From the NCBI RefSeq assembly GCF_963921235.1, contig NC_086108.1, forward strand, positions 61,630,001 through 61,694,000: 64,000 nt of DNA, in the 5' to 3' direction. Of this stretch, positions 38,220 through 50,549 are shown one piece after another (position 1 is the first letter of the stretch; every line of letters begins with the position of its first letter). This DNA is from Mobula hypostoma (lineage: Eukaryota). The notes beneath the pieces were generated by a model. It was given only the letters and a program-made list of their open reading frames with translations. It had not been told where the DNA came from and did not search any database. The position numbers and the translations under genes are program-made.

Positions 38220-41200
38220 AAAGAAGATTCTTGAAGGACCTAGCATTCTAAAATCAGAAATTCGAGCAGCCGTAAATAAAACAAAACATAACAGAGCAAC
38301 TGATCCAGACAACATCGCTGTTGAAATGATACTGGCCTTAGAAGATTTTGGAATAGAGAAAATAACAGAAATAGCAAATGAAATCTATGATCATGGGGAG
38401 ATACCAGATGATTTAAGTAAATCAGTGTGATTACTGACTATTTTACTTATTTGGGAGTTAAAATTACTAAGAGACATAAGGATCTATTCAATTTCAACCT
38501 TTCACCATTAATTAATCAGGTTAAACAACTGATTACTAACTGGTCCCTTTTGTCTCTATCACTGATTGGCCGTATTAATGCTATTAAAATGATTATTTTA
38601 CCCAAATTTTTATATTTATTTCAAGCGATACCGATTTTTATTCTTAAATCTTTTTTGATACTATTGACTTTAAAATTTCCTCTTATATATGGTAAAATAG
38701 AAATCCCAGATTAAGTAAAAAATACTTACAGAAATCTAAGAAAGAGGGTGGTTTGGCATTGCCTATCCTAAGATTTTACTATTGGGCAATTAATATCCGA
38801 TATTTAATATTTTGGGCACAAGATTGGAATACAACTCCAAGCCCATATTGGGTAAACCTTGAAGGCCATTCTGTACAAGGGTTTTCTTTAGCTTCCATTT
38901 TAGGAACTTCACTGCCTTTTGCACTATCTAAATTGAATAAACAAATTTTCAACCCTATAGTTAAACATACATTGCAAATATGGTTTCAATTTCGTAAATT
39001 TTTTGGCCTGAATGAATTTATGTTAACAAACCCTATTATATCTAATTTCTTTTTCCAACCCTCGGTAATGGACCAAGCCTTTTTGATATGGAAAATGAAA
39101 GGTATAATATGTTTTCGTGATCTATTTCTGGATAACTGCTTTATGTCTTTTGAGCAGTTATCTGAGAAATTTGATTTGCCTAGATCCCATTTTTTTAGAT
39201 ACCTACAAATAAGAAATTTTTTAAATACTATGTTGCCTATTTTTCTGACTTCAAATCCTTCTGGCATTTTTGATAAAATTTTAGGTTTTAATTCTTTGCA
39301 GAAGGGATTAATAGCAATAATTTATGATATAATTATGAAATTACAGCCAGATATATCTGATAAAATCAAAAATGAATGGGAAAGGGAACTTCAACTTTCC
39401 CTACCTGTAGAGAAATGGGGGGAAATTTTTCAATTAGTTAGTACTTCTTCTATATGCGCTAAACACACATTAATACAATTTAAAGTAGTACACAGAGCTC
39501 ATATGTCCAAAGATAAACTAGCTCGTTTTTATTCCCATATAAACCCTACTTGTGATCGATGCCACTCTGAAGTGGCTTCTTTAACTCAAATGTTTTGGTC
39601 CTGTCCTCTTTTGGAAAAATATTGGAAAGACATTTTTGATATTATTTCAACAGTTCTACGCTTCGATTTAAAACCCCATCCTATTACGGCAATCTTTGGA
39701 TTGCCAATGGTAGAACATAGATCTTTGTCTTCTTCAGCCTGTTGAATGATAGCTTTTGTTACTTTAATTGCAAGAAGATCTATTTTGTTGAACTGGAAGG
39801 AAAGCAATCCTCCAACTACATTCCAATGGTTTTCTCAAACCATATTAAGTTTAAATTTAGAAAAAATTAGAAGTGATATTTTTGACCCTTCGATTAAATT
39901 TGAAGAAATTTGGAAACCTTTTATGCAACATTTTCATATGATGTAATCTGACCTTTCCGAATCTTTTTTCTAAACTTAAATTATATGATGAGAGGAGCGG
40001 AGTTAATGACATTATTGAACATGTCTGATATAAGCTGTTGGTCTAGCCCTGTTTTGCTTTTTTTTGGTTTTTTTTTCTTTTTTTCTTTTGGTTTTTTTTG
40101 TTTATATATATTTTTTTCTTTTTATTTCTTTTTTTAATGATTAATTTCATTATGAGTTTGGAAGTCTTTTATATCTATGTTACTTAAAATTCATTTTATA
40201 TATGCTGATGAACATTATTCCAATCTCTTTGTACTAACTTTGTTATTGAGTTTATAATTTTGAAAAATTAATAAAAAGATTTAAAAAGAAATCAGTGTTC
40301 ATCACACTTCCAAAGAAAGAGGGAGCAACAGAATGTGAGTTATATCGTACAATAAGTCTGATGAGCCACGTGGCAAAAATTATTCTCAGAGTAATCATGA
40401 TGAGAGCAAGACGCTGTATAAAACCAGAAATCAGTAAAGAACAATGCAGCTTTGTGGAAAACACTGGAACCAGAAATGCAATTTTCATGCTGCGGATAAT
40501 CTGTGAACGAGCCATCCAGGTACAAAAAGACATCTACCTATGTTTCATTGACTATACAAAAGCTTTTGACACTGTCAGACAGCAAGATCTTCTGGAAATG
40601 CTTCAAGATCTTGACATAGATGGGAAAGATATACGTTTCTTAAGAAACTTATACTGGGACCAGACAGCATCCATCAGAATAGAAGGAGAAGTGAGTGAGT
40701 ATGTGAATATCATGAGAGGAGTCAGGCAAGTTTGTGTCTTTTCACCAGATTTATTCAACCTGTATAGTGAAAATATCTTGAGAAGCATCAAAGACATCAA
40801 AGGATTCACAATTGGAGACCATAATATAAATAACATCAGATATGCTGATGACATCGTACTAACAGCTGACTCAGAAACAAATCTTCAAGAACTACTCACT
40901 ATAGTGGCAGCAGAAAGTAATCACAGAGGCCTCTCAATCAACACCAAGAAGACAGAAAGCATGGTCATCTCCAGAAAGACAAACATCCCACAATGTGTGA
41001 TCAAGATTGGAAATACAAACATCAAACAAGTCAACAAATTCAAGTATCTTGGCAGCCTAATAACAAGTAATGGCAGGTGCAACACAGATATCAAATACAG
41101 AATAGCAATGCGAAAGAAGCTTCCCAAAAAATGAAGACCATATTAGCAGACAGAAAGATGAGCACATACACTAAAAACAGAATACTGCAGTACTACATTT

Positions 41201-41625
41201 ATTCTATCCTGACTTATGGAAGTGGATGCTGGACCATTTCTCCAGCAATGGAAAAGAGACGAGAAGCAGCTGAATTATGGTTCTACAGGAGAACGTTAAA
41301 AATATTATGGACCACACACACATCAAATGAAGAAGTTCGCAGAAGAGCCCAAACAGTTCGATCACTCATACCAACAATAAGAGAAAGACAACTCAGATTC
41401 CTAGTTCACATCATGCGGAAAGATGAACTAGAAAAACTCATACTCTCTGGAAAGATTGAGGGGAGTAAACCTAGAGGAAGACCTCAGCTTATGTACATCA
41501 AAAGCATAGCCAGGTGGCTACACCTTGAGGAAATGGAAGTCATCCAAAAAACAAAGGATAGATCTATATGGAAAACCATGGTCACCAAAGTCCGCATCGG
41601 ATATGGTACCTAGTCAGACAGACAT
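38220..41625 (+). mobile_element. RTE-clade LINE (RT to 3' end), interrupted by L1
   Basis: GPSILKSEIRAAV...GEIPDDLSKSV continues after the L1 as FITLPKK..YRTISLMSH..CFIDYTKAFD..GVRQ.C..SP.LFNLY..RYADD (ORFs 40295..41134, 41077..41613); (CAGA)n tail. Confidence 0.95.
38429..40288 (+). mobile_element. L1-clade LINE, 5'-truncated (ORF2 C-terminal part + 3' UTR)
   Basis: FTYLGV, LSLIGRINAIKM.ILPKFLYLFQ, GGLALP and CDRC..QMFWSCP knuckle; T-rich 3' UTR, AATAAA at 40270; 10-bp TSD AAATCAGTGT (38419-28, 40289-98). Confidence 0.95.
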
Positions 41626-41672
41626 ATGTTATATATTATGTCATTATGATATAAATTAAAATACATTATATA

Positions 41673-43219
41673 CGAGGGGTGATTGATAAGTTCGTGGCCT
41701 AAGGTAGAAGGAGTCAATCTCAGAAAACCTAGCACATTTATTTTACAACATAGTCCCCTCCTACATGTACACACTCAGTCCAGCGGTCATGGAGTATATG
41801 GATCCTTCTTTGTGGAAGTGGTCCATAGCAGGGGTGATTGATAAGTTCATAGCCTAAGGTAGAAACATAGAAAATAGGTGCAGGAGTAGACCATTCGGCC
41901 CTTTCAGCCTGCACTGCTATTCAGTATGATCATGGTTGATCATCCAACTCAGAACCCTGTACCTGCCTTCCCTCCATACCCCTGATCCCTTTAGCCAAAA
42001 GGGCCATATCTAACTCCCTCTTAAATATAGCCAATGAACTGGCCTCAACTGTTTCCTGTGGCAGAGAATTCCACAGATTTACCACTCTCTGTGTGAAGAA
42101 GTTTTTCCTCATCTCAGTCCTAAAAGGCTTCCCCTTTATCTAATCTGCGACCCCTCATTCTGGACTTCCCCAACATTGGGAACAATCTTCCTGCATCTAG
42201 CCTGTCCAATCCCGTTAGAATTTTATACATTTCAATCAGATCCCCCCTCAATCTTCTAAATTCCAGTGAGTATAAGTCTAGTTGATCCAGTCTTTCATCA
42301 TATGAAAGTCCTGTCATCCCAGGAATCAATCTGGTGAACCTTCTTTGTACTCCCTCTATGGCAAGAATGTCTTTCCTCTGATTAGGGGTCCAAAACTGCA
42401 CACAATACTCCAGGTGTGGTCTCACCAAGGCCTTGTACAACTGCAGTAGTACCTCCCTGCTCCTGTACTCGAATCCTTTTGCTATGAATGCCAGCATACC
42501 ATCCTTTTTCACCGCCTGCTGTACCTGCATGCCCACTTTCAATGACTGGTGTACAATGACACCCAGGTCTCGTTGCACCTCCCCTTTTCCTAATCGGCCA
42601 CTATTCAGATAATAATCTGTTTTTCTGTTTTTGCCACCAAAGTGGATAACCTAACATTTATCCACATTAATTTGCACCTGCCATGAATTTGCCCACTCAC
42701 CTAACCTATCCAAGTCACCCTGCATCCTCTTAGCATCCTCCTCACAGCTAACACTGCCACCCAGCTTCGTGTCATCCGCAAACTTGGAGATGCTGCATTT
42801 AATTCCCTCATCTAAGCCATTAATATATATTATAAACAACTGGGGTCCCTGCAATGAGCCTTGCGGTACCCCACTAAGTCATTGCCTGCCATTCTGAAAA
42901 GGTCCCGTTTATTCCCACTCTTTGCTTCCTGTCTGCTAACCAATTCTCTATCCAAGGAGATGAGTTATTAACTTCAAACTTTCTGCATTATCACTCAAAG
43001 AGTTGAACTGCACGTGCATGTAACGAGAGCGCCTTGAACCTCCAGGTGGTCCACAGCAGGGGTGATTTACAAGTTCGTGGCCTAAGGCAGAAGGAGATGA
43101 GTTATACAGCTCTTGTACATGTACGTGCAGTTCAACTCTTTGAGTGATAATGCAGAAAGTTTGAAGTTAATAACTCATCTCCTTCTACCTTAGGCCACAA
43201 ACTTATCCATCACCCCTCG
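41673..43219. mobile_element. Mariner-type MITE carrying a CR1 insertion
   Basis: TIRs CGAGGGGTGATTGATAAGTTCGTGGCCTAAGGTAGAAGGAG / CTCCTTCTACCTTAGGCCACAAACTTATCCATCACCCCTCG; TA on both sides. Confidence 0.9.
41865..42953 (-). mobile_element. CR1 LINE 3' portion (young)
   Basis: ORFs 42651..42854 (SKFADDTK), 42120..42578 (LVRPHLEYCVQFW) and 41930..42112. Confidence 0.95.
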
Positions 43220-43439
43220 TATAATGTTACCACATAAAATTATTGTGCATATTATACAAATTATTATAAAGTATACATTTCCTTACAAAAATACGTGATT
43301 ATAAATGAGCAATATCACCATTTTTGATTATTTCAGCCCCAATATTAGTTGCAACCTCAGCAAAAAGTGGATCCATGTTGGTGAGCACTACCTCGTTCTT
43401 TGGGTTAGAAAATGCAGAGACAAATGTCCCCTTTTTGGT

Positions 43440-43635
43440 CACACAAAATATTCTGCAGATGCTGGGGTCAAAACAACACTCACAACATGCCGGAGGAACT
43501 CAGCAGGTCGGGCAGCATCCGTGGAAACAATCAGTCAACGTTTCGGGCCGGAACCCTTCATCAGGACTGAAGAGGGAAGGGGCAGAGGCCCTATAAAGAA
43601 GGCGGAGGGAGGGTGGGAAAGAGAAGGCTGGACAG
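43440..43635 (-). mobile_element. PLE pLTR fragment
   Basis: Reverse complement of the 56498-56624 insert, plus extra purine-rich sequence. Confidence 0.88.
43531..43570 (-). ncRNA. Minimal hammerhead ribozyme (best-formed copy)
   Basis: UCAGUC-CUGAUGA-A-GGGU-UCCG-GCCC-GAAA-C-GUU-GACUGA: perfect 6-bp stem I, and stem II capped by a UCCG loop. Confidence 0.8.
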
Positions 43636-43934
43636 CTCCTGCTGCCATGTGCACACTAAATGTGCAACCTTCAGTCCTGGAAAAGGAAGGGAGGTGTGTC
43701 ATTGCGTGCTGAGGCAGTCTGTTGGGTGACATTATTGTCGTGGTTAACTTGCTGGCAAGATGTGCAGACGGTTGTGAGTTGAAGGCTAGCAGCAGTGTTA
43801 ACTTTGGGAGCATAGTATCAAACAACTGAACGTTAGTTATGCGTGCTACAAAAAATTGTTGGTAGGTCAGTAATGGAGTTAATTAGTTGAGTAACACACT
43901 GAGCAGTTCCACAAAAAGGCACTTGAAGATGTTT

Positions 43935-44102
43935 TCATGGCCTTGACTTTTTTACTAAAACCATAACTTCTTGTGCATCTGGATCCTTGGACCTTGATTT
44001 TTGGTCTCTAAGCTCCAGCAGATACCAGGTAACTCTCTTCATTTCTACCTCCTCCACCAGGACTTCTAGATCGGTGTCTAAGAACTTTGCACACCATTTT
44101 CT
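43935..44102 (-). pseudogene. Possible Myb/SANT-like (Harbinger-type) DNA-binding domain remnant
   Basis: Manual translation RKWCAKFLDTDLEVLVEEVEMKRVTWY... resembles the first helix of NAIF1/Harbinger Myb-like proteins. Confidence 0.4.
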
Positions 44103-44790
44103 CCTTCAATATTTCCAAGGTTTGGTTCATTTCCTGCAAACCTACCAAGATCACATCTCACTAAAAGGCTCTTACTCTTCAAGAGCTGCAGGCTTGTATT
44201 ATTCATCTCCTGCAGAAGTATCCAGCCAATCAACAGCAGGAACCGCAGTGGCTGGGCGATGGCAATCAAAATGAGTGGAGGGCACAAAGTGAGTCAGTTG
44301 ACTCTATTGTAATCAACAAGCTCATACATCACCAGACGTCATCGTCTATGCACCTATTTTTAGTATTGATTTTAGCCCCTTGTGCCAAACATGGGATATA
44401 CCCTGTTCATCCCATTCCATTGCACTATTAATCTGAATTGATATCCACAGTCAAAGCAAAATTGATCTTTGCTTCGTGATGATCAATCATTTTGTTGGGT
44501 AAAAAGAAATCAACAACCCTTATTTATTGTACCATAATCGTGCTTGTAGATTGTTGTACCGAGTTGTATGATGGATCAGTGAACTGCAGCATTCACTACA
44601 GATTAAAACCCACTACATCGATCACAATACTTTGACCAGTGAGAATATCTGACCCTTTATTTTTTAGCATTCAGATGCACTTTTATGACTTAGGCAAATC
44701 GAGGGTTAAGACAGCTGTATAGATGTTGTTCTACATTTCCGCATCTTCTTTATTTATCGAGATGCAATGTGGAATGGGCCCTTCTGGCCC

Positions 44791-45252
44791 AGCCTAATCA
44801 CGGGAAAATTTACAGTGACCAATTAACCAACCAACCGGTTTATGGAGTGTGGGAGGAAACTGGAGCACCCAGTGGAAACCCATGCAGTCACAGGGGGATC
44901 ATTCAGACAGTGGCGGGATCTTGAAAGATGAAAATACTGAGCGATGTCTCAGGATGCCTTATGAAGCTGGCTATAATGCTCAGCTCACACGTCTTTAACT
45001 CTATTTTTTTTCAGGACCCATGTAGAGCATCACTAAAATTATTGTATTCCTTGCTGCTCAGAATATGAAATGTTACATGCTGAGCAGAGAATGGGCCTGA
45101 TGTTTATTTACAATACAATGATAAAGTAAAGTCCACAATGCCAATCATTTGATGAAAGCATTCCTATTTGTGTGTTACATTACTACTGTTAACACGTGAA
45201 ATTTACTATGTATAACAAATTCACAACAGTTATCAATAGTGAATAACAATGA
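44791..45252 (+). repeat. Local duplication, copy 1 (begins within a minus-strand V-SINE)
   Basis: Colinear with 47894-48340. Confidence 0.93.
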
Positions 45253-46192
45253 ATATCTGGATGACAGTGATTATCAGGAGCACCTTAGGGAGAGAGGTTA
45301 CCCTCCAACATGGGATGCCGTCTACCCCTCTTTTCCCTGTGATGGTAGTATCTAGTTTTCCGGAGGAAATGGAAGGGAAGCAGTCTTCTAGATCAAGGAT
45401 ATTGACATCAAGGTCATGTGACCTGGGTGACTCACCGACGCCTGAGGAATGGAAAAGGAGATAAGCTGAGAAGATGATGGAACACAACGATGCTTTTCCT
45501 ACTGATGAATCACATATTGGCTGCTCCAAGAGTACCTGCCACACTATTAGAGCGACCGAGGACACCCCTTTCCAAGGGAGGTCTCACCGGTTAGCACCAG
45601 CGGAGGTTGAAGATGTTCAGCTGCACCTGCTTAAACTGGGAAAGTTCAGTCACAAAGCAGGAGGACCTGAGCTGCCAGGAGATATGAGCGATAGGCAGGG
45701 GGAGTCTCCCTCTAGTAGAAAGGAAGCTAGAGAAGTTGAAGAGATAAAGAGGTCTCAGAAAGCCAGGAAGACCCCAGCTAGGCTGGCAGAGGATGCACCT
45801 GGGAAGCAGAGTGTTATGTCCATTGCCATGGTGATATTCATGACTTCCATTTACTAATGATTGTGGGTCCTGGAATTCATATGAATACTGTGTTATTAAT
45901 AATGGTTTAATGAGTTCCAAAAGATCATGAGGACATGACTATTTTTGGTGGGAGGAGGGTGGGAGAGTGTAATGCCCTGGTTAAGATTTTTATTGCTGAG
46001 CTGTAGGTATTTTATTTTATTTTTAGAATGTTTTGTTTTGGCTAAAAGATAAGGGGCTATGATGTTCAACTTAGGAATGCTGTGCCAGCCAGTGAGGATG
46101 GTGGAACTGGGAGACAGTTTGAGAGAGATTTGTGATGGACTGTGGTTCACAGGGTTTTGTTTAGGTGGGAGCTGTGGAGATGACAGGAGGAA
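45253..46192 (+). mobile_element. Gypsy LTR retrotransposon remnant (deleted internal region, PPT, truncated 3' LTR)
   Basis: HTIRATEDTPFQGRSHRLAPAEVEDV pol linker (ORF 45474..45857); polypurine tract ending at 45967, then TGTAATG LTR homologous to 48345 onward. Confidence 0.82.
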
Positions 46193-46454
46193 CAATTATT
46201 TTCCCCTTTTTTAACATTATCATGTATATATTTCCCTTGTTAATACAACTAATTGAACACCAGATGGGACAATATCAGTCCTGATCAAGATGCCCCATGT
46301 GAGAGAATGCCAGTCCCCAACTGAGTGCGAACCTCAGTGTGAGATGTTGAAATGCTAAGGGTATTCATGTAACTTCAGCTAGAACTTTGCAATACAGGGA
46401 CATAAATGGATGATCACACTCCGTACCTTGAACCAGTGGTAACATTTACTCTGA

Positions 46455-46610
46455 CTTCTCCCCTTCCTTTCCAGTCCTAAAGAAGGGTCTCAGCCTGAAA
46501 CGTCAACTATTTACTCTTTTCCACAGATGCAGCCTGGCCTGCTGAGTTCCACCAGCATTTTGTGTGTGTTGTCTCAATTTCCAGTCTCTGCAGATTTTCT
46601 CATGTTTGCG
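46455..46610 (+). mobile_element. PLE pLTR fragment with mutated hammerhead core
   Basis: CAGTCCTAAAGAAGGGTCTCAGCCTGAAACGTCAACT followed by the standard pLTR tail. Confidence 0.85.
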
Positions 46611-47893
46611 ACACCACTTAATTAAATCATGACTGTATCTCAGTTTCCTGGTTCCATAACTCACTGTAAGTTTGGGGCAATCAATCTCAGTTCTGAAATT
46701 TCCAATCAACCTACCATTAGTGGCGTTGTTGTTGGGAAGAGAATTCCAAATTCCCATGATCCTCTGAACCACTCTTTGTGACAATGCATCTGAAGAGTCT
46801 AGCCCTGAAGTTAAGGTCCTCACCCCCACCTACAGGTTTGATTTTCACTTATTGCATTTTTTCTTTGGTTATACACCTCAATTAGATGAACTGGGACTAT
46901 GATTATGATTTATGATTTTCTTTAATCTCTTGAATCTAAAATTAGTCTATACAATACACCATATCATATAGTTTACCTCTTTCAGCCTGCTTTTATTTTA
47001 GTGACTCTGTGAATGGGCAGAACAAGCTGATAACTGGCCATGAGCTCTGCAGTGAACTGGTGACGAGGTGCAGTGCACATAGAAGGCAGTTCTGCATCTG
47101 TGCAAAAGTTGTGCACATGAACCTGACTTCTTACTCTGTCTTTTAGTAAATCTGAGGATTCCCTGAAATGCTGTTAGACAGACATTGTATCTGCGGCCCT
47201 TCAGTTTTATACCTAGTCTTAAAGGTGCTTCAAGCTAGGCCCTTTTGTTCAAAAGGGTTCACTGACTTCCATTTAAAAGGTGAGCCTACGTAAGTTGTCA
47301 TTTGACCGTATATTTATGCTTTTAAATCAACTTACAGTGGCTTAGTGCTTGAATAAATTTAACATTTAAAATAATGGACATTTGGACATTTTAAATTACT
47401 TATTACATTAAATTCTTTCAGACCCTTATGGGCACTTTGAAACACTGCAAAGGCCTCCAGCACCATAGGTTAAGACCTGTATAAAGTTTTATACAGCAAC
47501 AAACAACCTGATGGAGGAACTCAGTGGACAGTGCAGCATTTGTGAAATGTATAGGCATGGCCAAGTAGGGGAGAATAGAAATCTTGCTTCAGGACGGAAT
47601 GGAGAAGCAAGCTGGCTAATGTTCAGGGAAGGGAAGTGGTGAGTCAGGAGTCTGATATGATTGGTGGAAACACCTCAGACTCCTGTCTTACCACTTGTAC
47701 CAGTGTGTTTCTGCTAAGGAAGCCTAGATACATTTGCTTTAGTAATCAAACTTGTAATATTCCCTATCATTTCCAAAGCTTTATATGCCTATACACCTTG
47801 CTTCCTCTGTACCTGCAGATTCGTTATTAATATGCCATTAAGGGAATGTCTTTCAACATTATTTCTACCACTCAGCAACCCTTGACATAATCC

Positions 47894-48340
47894 TAGCCTA
47901 ATCACAACAATTTACAATGACCAATTAACAAACCAATCAGTTTTTGGAGTGTGGGGGGGAACTGGAGCACCCGGAGGAACCTCGTGCAATCATGGAGAGA
48001 ACATTCAGACAGTGGCAGGATCTTGAAAGGTGAATGTCTCAGGGCGCCTTATGAAGCTGGCTAGAATGCTCAGCTCACACATCTTTAACTCTTTTTTTCA
48101 GCACCCATGTAACACATCACTAGAGTTATTGTATTCCTTGCTGCTCAGAATATGAAATGTCACATGCTGAGCAGTTAATGGGCTTGATGTTTACTTACAA
48201 TACAATGATAAAATAAAGTCCACAATGTCAATCAATTGGCGAAAACATTCTTATCTGTATATTTACATTACTACTGTTAACATGTGAAATTTACTATGTA
48301 TAACAAACCTACAACATTTATCAATAGTGAATAACAATGA
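47894..48340 (+). repeat. Local duplication, copy 2
   Basis: Colinear with 44791-45252. Confidence 0.93.
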
Positions 48341-48344
48341 CATA

Positions 48345-49180
48345 TGTAATTAAGAATATTACTGCTAAGCTGTAGGTATTTCATTTTACCAGTTCTGTAA
48401 AAGCAGTGTGTATGCTTTTAGAATGATTTGGTTTTAGCTGAAAGATAAGGGGCTATGATGTTCAGCTTAAGGATGTTATGTGAGCCAATCAGGATGGTGG
48501 AATCGGGGGAAAGTTTGACAGAGCGGGGCAGAGAGAGATTTGCGATGGACAGTGTGGTTCAAGGAATGTTTTTGGCAGGAGCTGCAGAGAAGATAGGAGT
48601 GAACCTGGCTGAGAATGCCAGAGGAAGCAGCTTCTTGTTGCATGAAGTGCTTTGTGCAGATGAATGGCTCCAAGGAGGAAAGGCCAATACTCCCAAGAGG
48701 GGTCCCTTTTGTCTGAGATGGATTTCAAGCAAAGTTCAGAATGTGGTGTGTGCTTTCATATAGATCATGGGTCCAGCGCCTAAGTAAGAAGACAACTTCA
48801 AGATGAGCTCCAACTTTATGTGCACATTTGAACTGGGGTAACTTAGTAAGCCCTTTTATTTTTTTTTCTTTTCTTTTTCTGACTGTTTGATAAAGCTAAC
48901 ATTTGTAAATATACATCCTTTAAAATTTTATGTGGTGTACGATTTATTACTTCTTGCCAACCAATTATTCTATATGGGCAGTATATATACAGCATTTGGT
49001 CAAATTGGAGTTTCTTTAATTGGGGCATCACATCACTCCTGTTTAGCTCAACCCCAAATCATATCGACCCTAGACGTATATTGTTTATCATATCTGGTCT
49101 TCTCACCACTGAGTCCCATGGCTGTTAGCAGAGCCAGCTAAAGGACCAAGTTTGCATATGGACCTGCTGAGGGGGCTGCA
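48345..49180 (+). mobile_element. Gypsy solo LTR
   Basis: TGTAA...CTGCA termini, 4-bp TSD CATA (48341-44, 49181-84); homologous to 45968-46192. Confidence 0.85.
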
Positions 49181-50549
49181 CATATCATACAGCAAGTTTG
49201 ATGGAATGCTTACTCCTAAATCCAGAAAATATTCCACAAAAATGTATGTCTAATTAATTTTAAAATATTTAAGCATCATCCTCAAATGATGTACATACCT
49301 ATTTCTCAGTTAGTCAATAGCGGCAAAACCAACTTTCTTAGTAAAATATTAAGTCAAAAGGCACACCTAGTGACACTCCTTTTCAAAATTATAATTAACC
49401 CTAGCACCCTTCTCTATCCTGCTAGATTTGCTAAATAAAATGTATTGCTCAAATTTTATAAACAACTTTAATTTCCATGATACGTAGACCTGAAATCTTA
49501 GAGGCAGTCAGAAGTTGATCATATTTGCATTTGATATCAGATTTCATTGCTCTATGGAAATTATTTTTCCCTTTTCTAACATTATCATATAAACACATGT
49601 CATTCAATTAAAGGCAGATGTCATTAATTACAGTACAGTATCATTTATTTTCCTTTTTTTTTGATGAACCCACAGTTGATTGGCCCACTAATTCCAAAGC
49701 TTTATATGCATGTACACCCAGCTTTCTTTTTCCCTTGCAGATCAAGAAAAAACTCTCCGAGCAAAGCACACCAGTCTCTACTATTATCCATTAAAAAAAT
49801 ACCACAATCCATACTTGATCCAATGTATACTCAGTGGCCAATTTGTCAGGTACCTCCTGTACCCAATGAAGTGACCACTGAGTGTATGTTCAAGGTCTTC
49901 TGCTGCTGTAGCCCATCACTCGAAGGTTCAGTGTAATGCATGGTTTTATGCAGTATGGTTCCTTTCCTGTCAGCTTGAACCAGTTAGGCATTGTCCTCTG
50001 ACCCCTCTCATTAACAAAGGCATTTTCAACCACAGAACTGCCACTCTCTGGATGATTTTTTTTTGTTTATCACACCATTCTCTGTAAACTCTAGAGACTG
50101 TTGTGTGTGAAAATCCCAGGAGATCAGCAGTTTCTGAGACAGTCGAATCACCCCATCTGGTACCAATAATCATTCCATGGTCAAAGTCAAGGAATTGCCG
50201 TGTGCTGATTCTTGCAGAAGCATGGCTCCAGGAATTGACTGAGCACCATCAATCTTCCAGCCTTGCCACTCAGGGGTCTCTGCTAATATTATTTTGTTCC
50301 TGGATGTGCTATTGTAGCTACACGTTCTGTGTGCTGTGAGCAACTGTGTGTACTGTGGTTTAAACCCTGGCTCCGGGGGAGTGCAGTTTCAATTAGCTGT
50401 AAACATGTGTGTGATGGAATAACAATTAAACTTGAACTTGAAAAATCTAATCAGCTAATTGTATGGCATCAATGCATAAAAGCATGCAGACGTGGTCAAG
50501 GTGTTCACTTGTTGTTCAGACCTAATATCAGAATGGGGAAGAAATGTGT

